64,000 nt of DNA, taken from Struthio camelus. Lineage: Eukaryota. How positions within the stretch are numbered: position 1 is the first letter of the stretch; each line of letters begins with the position of its first letter. The notes beneath the pieces were generated by a model. The model worked only from the letters and a program-made list of their open reading frames with translations. It was not told the origin of the DNA and made no database searches. Shown one piece after another: positions 23,230-34,200 of this stretch. A program made the position numbers and the translations under genes. The stretch lies in the NCBI RefSeq assembly GCF_040807025.1, contig NC_090970.1, forward strand, positions 709,359 to 773,358, read 5' to 3'.

Positions 23230-25110
23230 AGCCCGCCCCATATCTGGGTCCCTCCCCGGACGCCTGGGCCCCTTCGCTCCCGAACACCTGGGCCCCCGAA
23301 CCCCCTCACCCGGACGCCTGGGCCCCCCGATCAGACACCTGGGTCCCTTTCCCGGACGCCTGGGCCCCTTCCCTCCCGGACACCTGGGCCCCCTGCTGCC
23401 CTGGGCACCTGAACCCCCTCACCCAGACGCCTGGGCCCCCCGATCGGACACCTGGGCCCCTTCCCTTTCCCGGACACCTGGGCCCCTTCCCTCCCGGACG
23501 CCTGGGCCCTTCTGTCCCCCAACGCCTGAACCCCCTCACCCGGACGCCTGGGCCCCTTCCCGGACGCCTGGGCCCCTTCTGTCCCCCAACGCCTGAACCC
23601 CCTCACCCGGACGCCTGGGCCCCTTCCCCGGACGCCTGGGCCCCCGGATCAGATACCCGAGTCCCTTTCCCGGACGCCTGGGCCCCTCCCCCAGATGCCT
23701 GGACCCCCCAATCAGATACCTGAACCCCCTCACCCGGACACCTGGGCCCCCTGCCGCCCCGGACACCTGGGCCCCCCCCCCCCAAACACACACGAGGGTC
23801 CCTCTCCCGGACGCCGGGGCCCCTCCCCGTGCCGCCCGGACGCCGGGGCCCCCCGCTCTCACCCTCGGCGGCAGGACTCCCGGCCGCTCGTTACGCCCCG
23901 CGCGCGCTAACGACGGGCCGGGCTTACGCGGGCTCCCCCCCCCCCCCCGCCGGACCCATGATTCGGGCGTGACCTGAGCATGACCTTAGCGTGTCACCCC
24001 ACCCCGCGGCGTGACCTTAGCGTGTGGCCCCGCCCCGCGCCCCGCCCCGCTCACGCAGGCGCAGCACAGCAGCCCGGCGCCCAGGGCCTGCAGCAGCCCG
24101 GCCGTGCCGACCACCCAGGCCAGGCGGAGGAAGAGGACGAGGCCGAAGACGTCCTGCAGGCAGGGCAGGAAGACGCCCCGCAGCGGGCCCCGGCCCCCGG
24201 CCTGCCGCCCGGACGCCGGGGTCCGCACCCGCACGGCCTGGGCCCCCCTCTGCCTCCTCCCTCCCGCGCGCGCGCCGCGAGCCCGGACGCCTGGGCCCCT
24301 TCTCGGGCGCTCGGGTCCCTCTCCCGGACGCCTGGGCCCTTTCTCCAAAGGACTGGGTCTCTTCTCCCCGGACGCCTGGGCCCCTCCTGTCTCGTACATC
24401 GGGGCCCCATCCCCGGACACCTGGGCCCCTTCCCCCCCAGACACCTGGACCTCCTCACCCGGACGCCTGGGCCCCTTCACTCCCGGACGCCTGGGCCCCC
24501 CGATCAGACACCTGAGTCCCTTTCCCGGACACCTGGGCCCCTTCCCTCCCGGACGCCTGGGTCCCTTCACTCCCGGACTTCTGGGCCCCTTCCCCCCCCG
24601 GACGCCTGGGCCACTTCCCCCCCCCAGACGCCTGGGCCCCCCAAATAGACACCTGAGTCCCTTTCCCGGACGCCTGGGCCCCTCACCCGGACACCTGGGC
24701 CCCTTCCCTCCCGGACACCTGGGCCCCCTGCCGCCCTGGGCACCTGGATCCACACCCGGACGCCTGGGCCCCTTCGCTCCCGGATGCCTGGGAGCTTCTG
24801 TCCCCCAACGCCTGAACCCCCTCACCCGGACGCCTGGGCCCCTTCCCTCCCGGACGCCTGGGCCCCCCGATCAGATACCTGAGTCCCTTTCCCGGACGCC
24901 TGGGCCCCTCACCCGGACGCCTGGGCCCCCCGATCAGATACCTGAGTCCCTTTCCCGGACGCCTGGGCCCCTCCCCCGGACGCCTGGGCCCCTCCCCCGG
25001 ACGCCTGGGCCCCCCAATCAGATACCTGAACCCCCTCACCCGGACGCCTGGGCCCCTTCCCTCCCGGACACCTGAGTCCCCCTCCCCCACAAACACGAGG
25101 GTCCCTCCCC
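23230..25110. repeat. 18-bp satellite family with degenerate variants, spanning two introns of the SLC12A6-like gene
   Basis: Same family. It is interrupted by the exons at 24055-24201. Confidence 0.8.
24055..24201 (-). CDS. SLC12A6: SLC12A6-like exon (TM1a): [49 protein letters not shown]
   Basis: Matches KCC [46 protein letters not shown]. Donor TGC|GTGAGC. The 5' acceptor cag at 24202-24204 is phase-compatible but has a poor pyrimidine tract. The linker to the previous exon is 11 aa shorter than in KCC1/KCC3, so this boundary is uncertain. Confidence 0.6.
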
Positions 25111-25164
25111 CGGACGCCGGGGCCCCTCCCCGTGCCGCCCGGACGCCGGGGCCCCCCGCTCTCA

Positions 25165-25254
25165 CCTGGCCCTCGGCGGCGGGCGGGGGCAGGGTGCTGT
25201 AGGCGGCGACGCGGCGCAGCAGCGCCGACACCTTGGGGCGAGTGGCCAGCTCCT
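25165..25254 (-). CDS. SLC12A6: SLC12A6-like exon: EELATRPKVSALLRRVAAYSTLPPPAAEGQ
   Basis: Matches KCC [30 protein letters not shown]. Acceptor tctccgccccccccag, donor CAG|GTGAGA. 90 nt = 30 codons. Confidence 0.8.
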
Positions 25255-25347
25255 CCTGGGGGGGGGCGGAGAACACGCGTGTGGGGGGCGGAGAACACGC
25301 GTGCAGGGGGCGGAGAACACGCCAAGCGCACGCGTGACGGGCGGCAC

Positions 25348-25412
25348 CTCGAAGAGCGCCAGGTTCCTGTCGCACGACACCGCGTCGCCGTCCGCGTCGG
25401 GCCGGGTCGGAT
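25348..25412 (-). CDS. SLC12A6: SLC12A6-like exon: (D)PTRPDADGDAVSCDRNLALFE
   Basis: Matches the KCC motif YYDRNLALFEEE. Acceptor cccgccctgccgtgacag, donor GAG|GTGCCG. 65 nt, phases 1 -> 0. Confidence 0.7.
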
Positions 25413-25504
25413 CTGTCACGGCAGGGCGGGGGGGAGGGAGCGGTGAGGTCGAGGGGCCCAGGCGTCCGGGGGCTCGGCGGGGCCCAGGCGTCCGGCTCAC
25501 CCAC

Positions 25505-25664
25505 CGGCGGCCTCGGAGGCGTCGTCGCTGCGGGTGCTCTCGGGGCCGCTGTCGCGCGAGCTGCCGGGGGGGCGGGAGCTGGAGCGCGAGCTGGGCTCCG
25601 GGCTGGACGAGGCCGAGGCCGGCGCCATCTTGGCCGGCGTCACCACGAACCGCACCGCCGCCAT
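25505..25664 (-). CDS. SLC12A6: SLC12A6-like first coding exon (KCC3a-type N-terminus): MAAVRFVVTPAKMAPASASSSPEPSSRSSSRPPGSSRDSGPESTRSDDASEAA(D)
   Basis: ATG at 25664-25662. The N-terminus resembles KCC3a, MASVRFMVTPTK...SDTSPDLSSRSSSR...RESVPETSRSE. Donor G|GTGGGT is in phase with the next exon. The exon may extend 5' to an acceptor at 25736 (tctctcctccggccgcag), with the (CAG)n/(GAG)n 5'UTR lying in the presumed intron just upstream. Confidence 0.75.
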
Positions 25665-25680
25665 GACGGACGCCGGGGAA

Positions 25681-25730
25681 GAGCAGCAGCAGCAGCAGGA
25701 GGAGGAGGAGGAAGAGGGCGGCGGCGGCGA
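25681..25730. repeat. (CAG)n(GAG)n(GGC)n microsatellite upstream of the SLC12A6-like ATG
   Basis: CAGCAGCAGCAGCAGGAGGAGGAGGAGGAAGAGGGCGGCGGCGGCG read directly. Confidence 0.9.
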
Positions 25731-25789
25731 AGGCTCCTGCGGCCGGAGGAGAGAAGCGTTAGAGGGTCGCGCCAACGTGGAGTCGCGCC

Positions 25790-27960
25790 AACGTGGCCGT
25801 CGACCCCGACCTCCATCTTGGCTCCCCGAGCCTCCATTTTAGCGCTCCTGGACCCCAATTGGGGAGCCCCGAACCTCCATTTCGCGGCCCCGAACCCCCA
25901 TTTCGCGGCCCCGAACCCCCATTTTGAACCCCCATTTCATGGTCCCGAACCTCCATTTTGGAGCCCCGAACCCCCATTTCGCGGCCCCGAACCCCCATTT
26001 TGGCGCTCCTGAACCCCCATTTCGCGGTCCCGAACCCCCATTTTGGAGCCCCAAAACCCCATTTCGCGGTCCCGACCCTCCATTTTGGCTCCCAGAGCCT
26101 CCATTTTGGCGCTCCTGAACCCCCATTTTGAACCCCCATTTCGCGGTCCCAAACCCCCATTTTGGAGCCCCAAACCCCCATTTTGGAGCCCCATTTCGCG
26201 GTCCCAAACCTCCATTTTGGCTCCCAGAGCCTCCATTTTAGCACTCCTGAACCCCCATTTCGCGGTCCCAAACCCCCATTTTGGAGCCCCAAAACCCCAT
26301 TTCGCGGTCCCGAACCTCCATTTTGGCTCCCAGAGCCTCCATTTTAGCACTCCTGAACCCCCATTTTGAACCCCCATTTCACAGTCCCAAACCCCCATTT
26401 TGGAGCCCCGAACCCCCATTTCGCGGTCCCAAACCCCCATTTTGGAGCCCCGAAACCCCATTTCGCGGTCCTGAACCTCCATTTTGGCTCCCAGAGCCTC
26501 CATTTTGGTGCTCCTGAACCCCCATTTTGAACCCCCATTTCATGGTCCTGAACCTCCATTTTAGAGCCCCAAACCCCCATTTCGCGGCCCCGAACCCCCA
26601 TTTTGGCGCTCCTGAACCCCCATTTTGAACCCCCATTTCGCGGTCCCGAACCCCCATTTTGGCGCTCCTGAACCCCCATTTTGAACCCCCATTTCGCGGT
26701 CCCGAACCCCCATTTCACGGCCCCGAACCCCACGTTGGGGCTGCCCACCCCCCTCTTTTACAGCTAACAGGCTCCGGCCCCGTTTCGGGTGGGAAAAGCC
26801 CCGTTTTGGGGGCCGACAGACTGCCGTCGGGCTCCGGCGACGCCCTCGCAGCCGCTTTGGGGGAGAAAGCGGCGTTTCGAGCGTTCGCGGAGCCCCGTTT
26901 CGGGGAGGGGGGGGGGGTTGACGCCTCGGAAGCGCCCGGGAGGGGGGCGACGCTCGTTTTGGGGAGAAACGACCCCGTTTTGGGAGCCTCGCGCTCCCCT
27001 CCTGCGACTGACAAGACGCCAACGCCCTTCCCGGGAACACCCCGCAAGGGCTGACACCCTTTTTGGGGCCCAAACGCCCCTTTTTGGGGCCCCGGCTCCC
27101 CCCCTTAGAGCTCCCATCCCACCCTGTGGCCCTCCCCACCCCCAACTTTGGGTCCAAACCCCCCCATTTTGGCTCTCAAACCCCCTTTTTGGGGACCGAC
27201 CCCCCCCAAGACCCCCATTTTAAGGTCCTACATCCTTTTCTTGAGGTCCCACCCCCCATTTTAGGGTCCCAAACCCCCATTTTGAGACCCCAAGTGCCTA
27301 TTTTGAGGCCCAAACCCCCATTTTGGGGTCCCATCCCCCCCTCTAGGCTACCGAAACCCCCCACTTTCCACCCCAAAGGCCAAATTAAGGGTCCCAACCC
27401 CTCTTTTTGGGTCCCAACTCCCCGTTTTAGGGTCCAACCCCCCATTTCAGGGGTCCCAGCCCCCCTTTAAACCACTAAAACCCCCAACGAGGAGCCCCCA
27501 GGCCCCAAATTAAGGACCCCCAACCCCCAAGTGCAGCTCCCACCCCCCCTTTTGGGGTCCCAACCCCCCATTTTAGGGTCCAACATCCCATTTTAAGGGT
27601 CCCAGCCCCCCTTTAAACCACCAAACCCCCCCAAATTAAAGACCCCAACCCCCATTTCAAGGTCCCATACCCCCATTTTGGGCCCCAAATCGCCCCTCAG
27701 AGCTCCCACCCCACCCCGGGGCGCCCCCTAACCCCCAATTTCAGCTCCCAACCCCCCATTTCGGGTCCCAAAGCCCCATTTTGGGGACTAAACCCCCCTT
27801 TCGGGGGTCCCACGCCCCCCCCCAGCACCCAAACCCCTTTAAACCACCAAACCCCCCCATTTTGGGACCCCCAACCCCTAAATAACGACCCCCAGCCCTA
27901 TTTCAAGGGGCCCAAACCCCGGTTTTGGGGTCTAAAGTTCCAATTTTGGCCCCCAAAGCC
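25790..27960. repeat. CCCCCATTTYG 12-bp-subunit satellite with a 119-bp higher-order repeat, about 2.2 kb
   Basis: ORF-track entries at 26043, 26162 and 26281 are 119 bp apart. The unit is GAACCCCCATTTCGCGGYCCC / GAACCCCCATTTTGGAGCCCC. Confidence 0.85.
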
Positions 27961-28031
27961 CCCACTCGGGACCCCCCAGGCGGGTCCCCCCCCCCCCGGT
28001 AAAGGCGGCAGCGGCCGTCGCCGACCGTTAC

Positions 28032-28090
28032 CTCAGCGCGCTGGGGGAGGGGCGGCCGCCGCCGCCGACGTCACCGCGCGCTGCGTCACC
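28032..28090 (-). other. Candidate non-coding first exon (5'UTR) of a minus-strand transcript, possibly an upstream SLC12A6 exon 1, defined by a TATA box and a GTAACG splice donor
   Basis: On the minus strand, TATAAG lies at 28121-28116, about 30 bp upstream of the exon. The exon ends ...CAGCGCGCTGAG|GTAACGGTCGG. A partial CRE (CGACGTCA) sits in the exon. A phase-free acceptor is available at 25736, just upstream of the SLC12A6-like ATG exon. Confidence 0.4.
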
Positions 28091-28200
28091 GCCCCGGCCC
28101 CGGCCGCCCCGGCCCCTTATAGCGGCGCGGCCGCGGCAGGCCCCGCCCCCCGCCCTCCCCGCGGCGTGACGTCAGGGCGGCGGCCACGCCCTCTGCGCGG
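28040..28200 (-). promoter_or_regulatory. TATA + CRE promoter in a CpG island: palindromic CRE TGACGTCA (28167-28174), TATAAG (28121-28116 on minus), CRE half-sites and GC boxes
   Basis: Motifs read directly from the sequence. The CRE lies about 50 bp upstream of the TATA box on the minus strand, with GC boxes (GGGGCGGGG) flanking. Confidence 0.5.
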
Positions 28201-28274
28201 CTGCCGCAGCGGGAGGGGCGGGGCCAGCGGGAGGGGGGCTCCGCCCACCGCGGACCACCCGGCCTCAAACTAGT

Positions 28275-31200
28275 ATGAGGGGAAGGGGGCTCCCGGACGC
28301 CTGGGCCCCTTCCCCGGACACCTGGGCCCCTTCCCCGGGCGCCTGGGCCCCTCCCCGGACGCCTGGGCCCCTTCCCCGGACACCTGGGTCCCTTCCCCGG
28401 ACACCTGGGCCCCTTCCCGGACGCCTGGGCCACTTCCCCGGACACCTGGGCCCCTCCCCCGGACACCTGGGCCCCCTCCCCGGACACCTGGGTCCCTGCC
28501 CCGGACACCTGGGCCCCTTCCCTGGACGCCTGGGCCCCTCCCCCGGACACCTGGGCCCCTCCCCGGACGCCTGGGCCCCTCCCAGACGCTTGGCCCCCTC
28601 TCCTCTGGATGCCTGGGTCCCTCCCCGGACACCTGGGTCCCTTCCCCGGACACATGCTCCCCCTTCCCGGGTGCCTGGGCTCCTCCCCCGGACTCCTGGG
28701 CCCCTCCCCGGACACCTGGGCCCCTTCCCCGGACGCCTGGGCCCCTCCCCGGACGCCTGCGTCCCTTCCCCGGACACCTGGGCCCCTCCCCGGACACCTG
28801 GGCCCCCTCCCCGGACAGCTGAGTCCCTCCCCCGGATGCTTGGGCCTCCTCCCCCGGACGCCTGGGCCCCTTCCCCGGACACCTGGGCCCCTGACCCGGA
28901 CGCCTGGGCCCTTCGCTGGACGCCTGGGCCCCTCTCAGGACGCCTGGGCCCCTCCCCGGAAGCTTGGGCCCCTTCCCGGACACCTGGGCCCCTTCCCCGG
29001 ACGCCTGGGCCCTTCCCCGGACACCTGGGCCCCTCACCCGGACACCTGGGCCCCTTCTCGGACGCCTGGGCCCCTCCCCGGACGCCTGGGCCCCTCCCCG
29101 GACGCTTGGGCCCCTTCCCCAGACATCTGGGCCCCCTTCCCCGGACACCTGGGCCCTTTCCCTGGACACCTGGGCCCCTTCCCTGGACACCTGGGCCCCT
29201 CCCCAGACACCTGGGTCCCCGCCCCGGACGCCTGGGTCCCTTCTCCTGGACGCCTGGGCCCCTCCCCCGGACGCCTGGTCCCGTTCCCCGGACACCTGGG
29301 CCCCTTCCTGGACACCTGGGTCCCTTCCCCGGACGCCTGGGCCCCTGCCCCGGACGCCTGGGCCCCCTACCCAGACACCTGGGCCCCTCCCCAGACACCA
29401 GGACCCCTCCCTGGACGCCTGGGCCCCTTTCCCGGACGCCTGGGCCCCTTCCCCGGACACCTGGGCCCCTTCCCCCGGACGCCTGGGCCCCTCCCCGGAC
29501 GCCTGGGCCCCTTCCCGGACACCTGGGCCCCTCCCCCGGACGCCTGGGCCCCTCCCCGGACGCCTGGGCCCCTTCCCGGACACCTGGGCCCCTTCCCCGG
29601 ACACCTGGGCCCCTTCCCCCGGACACCTGGGCCCCTCCCCGGACGCCTGGGCCCCTTCCCGGACACCTGGGCCCCTGCCCCGGACACCTGGGCCCCTCCC
29701 CGGACGCCTGGGCCCCTCCCCGGACGCCTGGGTCCCTTCTCCCGGACGCCTGGGCCCCTTCCCCGGACACCTGGGCCCCTTCCTGGACGCCTGGGTCCCT
29801 CCCCCGGACACCTGGGTCCCTTCCCCGGACGCCTGGGCCCCTTCCCCGGACACCTGGGCCCCTTCCGGGACACCTGGGCCCCTTCCCCGGACGCCTGGGC
29901 CCCTGCCCTGGACGCCTGGGCCCCTCCCCCGGACACCTGGGCCCCTTCCCCGGACGCCTGGGCCCCTCCCCCGGACACCTGGGCCCCTTCCCCGGACGCC
30001 TGGGCCCCTTCCCCGGACGCCTGGGCCCCTTCCCCCGGACGCCTGGGCCCCTCTCCGGACGCCTGGGCCCCTTCCCGGACACCTGGGCCCCTGCCCCGGA
30101 CACCTGGGCCCCTCCCCGGACGCCTGGGCCCCTCCCCGGACACCTGGGTCCCTTCTCCCAGACGCCTGGGTCCCTTCTCTTGGACGCCTGGGCCCCTTCC
30201 CCGGACGCCTGGTCCCCTTCCCCGGACACCTGGGCCCCTTCCTGGACACCTGGGTCCCTTCCCCGGACGCCTGGGCCCCTGCCCTGGACGCCTGGGCCCC
30301 TCCCCCGGACACCTGGGCCCCCTCCCCGGACGCCTGGGCCCCTTCCCGGACACCTGGGCCCCTGCCCCGGACACCTGGGCCCCTCCCCCGGACGCCTGGG
30401 TCCCTCCCCCGGACACCTGGGCCCCTCCCCGGACGCCTGGGTCCCTCCCCCGGACACCTGAGTCCCTCCCCGGACGCCTGGGCCCCTCCCCCGGACGCCT
30501 GGGTCCCTCCCCGGACGCCTGGGCCCCTCCCCGGACGCCTGGGCCCCTTCCCCGGACCCCTGGGCCCCTTCCCCGGACGCCTGGGCCCCTCCCCGGACGC
30601 CTGGGCCCCTTCCCCGGACCCCTGGGCCCCTTCCCCGGACGCCTGGGCCCCTCCCTGGACGCCTGGGCCCCCTCCCCGGACGCCTGGGTCCCTCCCCGGA
30701 CGCCTGGGCCCCCTCCCTGGACGCCTGGGCCCCTCCCCGGACGCCTGGGTCCCTTCCCCGGACACCTGGGCCCCTTCCCCGGATGCCTGGGCCCCTCCCC
30801 GGACGCCTGGGCCCCTTCCCGGACACCTGGGCCCCTGCCCCGGACACCTGGGCCCTTCCCCGGACGCCTGGGCCCCTCCCCCGGACGCCTGGGTCCCTCC
30901 CCGGACACCTGGGCTCCTCCCCTCCCCACCCACCCGGACACCTGGGCCCCTTTCCCTGGATGCCTGGGCCCCTTCCCCAGACGCCTGGGCCCCCTCCCCG
31001 GACACCTGGGCCCCCTTCCCCGGACGCCTGGGCCCCTCCCCGGACACCTGGGTCCCTCCCGCGGACACCTGAGTCCCTCCCTGGACGCCTGGGCCCCTCC
31101 CCGGACGCCTGGGCCCTTGCCCGGACGCCTGGGCCCCTCCCCGGACGCCTGGGCCCCTCCCCGGACACCTGGGTCCCTCCCCCGGACACCTGGGCCCCTT

Positions 31201-34200
31201 CCCCGGACGCCTGGACCCCTCCCCCGGACACCTGGGCCCCTCCCCGGACGCCTGGGCCCCTCCCCGGACGCCTGGGTCCCCTCCCTGGACACCTGGGTCC
31301 CTCCCCGGACGCCTGGGACCCTTCCCCGGACACCTGGGCCCCTTCCCAGACACCTGGGCCCCTCCCCGGACGCCTGGGCCCCTTCCCGGACACCTGGACC
31401 CCTCCCCCAGACACCTGGGCCCCCTCCCTGGACACCTGGGCCCCTCCCCGGACACCCGGGCCCCTTCCCCAGACGCCTGGGCCCCTTCCCCGGACGCCTG
31501 GGCCCCTCCCGGACGCCTGGGCCCCTCTCCCCGCACACCTGGGTCCCTCTCCCAGACGCCTGGGCCCCTTCCCGGACACCTGGGCCCCTCCCCGGACACC
31601 TGGGCCCCTCCCAGACGCTTGGGCCCCTTCCCCGGACACGTGAGTCCCTCCCCGGACGCCTGGGTCCCCTGTCCCCAGACGCCTGGGCCCCTCCCCCGGA
31701 CGCCTGGGCCCCCTCCCCGGACACCTGGGCCCCTTCCCCGGACGCCTGGGCCCCTCCTCTGGATGCCTGGGCCCCATCTCCCGGACGCCTGGGCCCCTGC
31801 CCCGGACGCCTGGGTCCCTCCCCGGACACCTGGGCCCCTCCCCGGACACCTGGGCCCCTTCCCCGGACGCCTGGGCCCCCTCCCCGGACGCCAGGGACCC
31901 TTCCCCGGACGCCAGGGACCCTTTCCCGGACACTTGGGCCCCTCCCCGGACACCTGGGCCCCTCCCCCGGACGCCTGGGCCCCTCTCCCTGCACACCTGG
32001 GCCCCTCCCCGGACGCCTGGGCCCCTTCCCGGACACCTGGACCCCTCCCCCGGACACCTGGGCCCCTCCCCGGACGCCTGGGCCCCTCCCCGGACGCCTG
32101 GGTCCCCTCCCTGGACACCTGGGTCCCTCCCCGGACGCCTGGGCCCCTTCCCCGGACACCTGGGCCCCTTCCCAGACACCTGGGCCCCTCCCCGGACGCC
32201 TGGGCCCCTTCCCGGACACCTGGACCCCTCCCCCAGACACCTGGGCCCCCTCCCTGGACACCTGGGCCCCTGCCCGGACACCCGGGCCCCTTCCCCAGAC
32301 GCCTGGGCCCCTTCCCCGGACGCCTGGGCCCCTCCCGGACGCCTGGGCCCCTCTCCCCGCACACCTGGGTCCCTCTCCCAGACGCCTGGGCCCCTTCCCG
32401 GACACCTGGGCCCCTCCCCGGACACCTGGGCCCCTCCCAGACGCTTGGGCCCCTTCCCCGGACACCTGGGCCCCCTCCCCGGACACCTGGGCCCCTTCCC
32501 CGGACGCCTGGGCCCCTCCTCTGGATGCCTGGGCCCCATCTCCCGGACGCCTGGGCCCCTGCCCCGGACGCCTGGGTCCCTCCCCGGACACCTGGGCCCC
32601 TTCCCCGGACGCCTGGGCCCCTTCCCCGGACGCCTGGGCCCCTCCCCGGACGCCAGGGACCCTTCCCCGGACGCCAGGGACCCTTTCCCGGACACTTGGG
32701 CCCCTCCCCGGACACCTGGGCCCCTCCCCCGGACGCCTGGGCCCCTCTCCCTGCACACCTGGGTCCCTTCCCCGGACACCTGGGCCCCTTCCCCGGACAC
32801 CTAGGCCCCCTCCCCAGACAGCTGAGTCCCTCCCCCAGATGCTTGGGCCTCCTCCCCCGCACGCCTGGGCCCCTGCCCCGGACACCTGGGCCCCTCCCCG
32901 GACGCCTGGCCCCCTCCCCGGACGCCTGGGCCCCTCCCCCAGACATCTGGGCCCTTTCCCTGGACACCTGGGCCCCTTCCCTGGACACCTGGGCCCCTCC
33001 CCAGACACCTGGGTCCCCGCCCCGGACGCCTGGGTCCCTTCTCCTGGACGCCTGGGCCCCTCCCCCGGACGCCTGGTCCCGTTCCCCGGACACCTGGGCC
33101 CCTTCCTGGACACCTGGGTCCCTTCCCCGGACGCCTGGGCCCCTGCCCCGGACGCCTGGGCCCCCTCCCCAGACACCTGGGCCCCTCCCCAGACACCAGG
33201 ACCCCTCCCTGGACGCCTGGGCCCCTTTCCCGGACGCCTGGGCCCCTTCCCCGGACACCTGGGCCCCTTCCCCCGGACGCCTGGGCCCCTCCCCGGACGC
33301 CTGGGCCCCTTCCCGGACACCTGGGCCCCTCCCCCGGACGCCTGGGCCCCTCCCCGGACGCCTGGGCCCCTTCCCGGACACCTGGGCCCCTTCCCCGGAC
33401 ACCTGGGCCCCTCCCCGGACGCCTGGGCCCCTCCCCGGACGCCTGGGTCCCTTCTCCCGGACGCCTGGGCCCCTTCCCCGGACACCTGGGCCCCTTCCTG
33501 GACGCCTGGGTCCCTCCCCCGGACACCTGGGTCCCTTCCCCGGACGCCTGGGCCCCTTCCCCGGACACCTGGGCCCCTTCCGGGACACCTGGGCCCCTTC
33601 CCCGGACGCCTGGGCCCCTGCCCTGGACGCCTGGGCCCCTCCCCCGGACACCTGGGCCCCTTCCCCGGACGCCTGGGCCCCTCCCCCGGACACCTGGGCC
33701 CCTTCCCCGGACGCCTGGGCCCCTTCCCCCGGACGCCTGGGCCCCTCTCCGGACGCCTGGGCCCCTTCCCGGACACCTGGGCCCCTGCCCCGGACACCTG
33801 GGCCCCTCCCCGGACGCCTGGGCCCCTCCCCGGACACCTGGGTCCCTTCTCCCAGACGCCTGGGTCCCTTCTCTTGGACGCCTGGGCCCCTTCCCCGGAC
33901 GCCTGGTCCCCTTCCCCGGACACCTGGGCCCCTTCCTGGACACCTGGGTCCCTTCCCCGGACGCCTGGGCCCCTGCCCTGGACGCCTGGGCCCCTCCCCC
34001 GGACACCTGGGCCCCCTCCCCGGACGCCTGGGCCCCTTCCCGGACACCTGGGCCCCTCCCCCGGACACCTGGGCCCCTCCCCCGGACGCCTGGGTCCCTC
34101 CCCCGGACACCTGGGCCCCTCCCCGGACGCCTGGGTCCCTCCCCCGGACACCTGAGTCCCTCCCCGGACGCCTGGGCCCCTCCCCCGGACGCCTGGGTCC

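Noticed and set aside
578-25664. Assignment of the KCC gene to SLC12A4 (KCC1), SLC12A5 or SLC12A7 instead of SLC12A6
   Set aside because: The N-terminus (MAAVRFVVTPAK...SSRSSSR) is of the KCC3a type, and the gene is linked to NOP10 and a NUTM1-like gene as SLC12A6 is in human. KCC1 cannot be fully excluded from sequence alone because the core is highly conserved across paralogues, so the gene symbol is given at moderate rather than high confidence.
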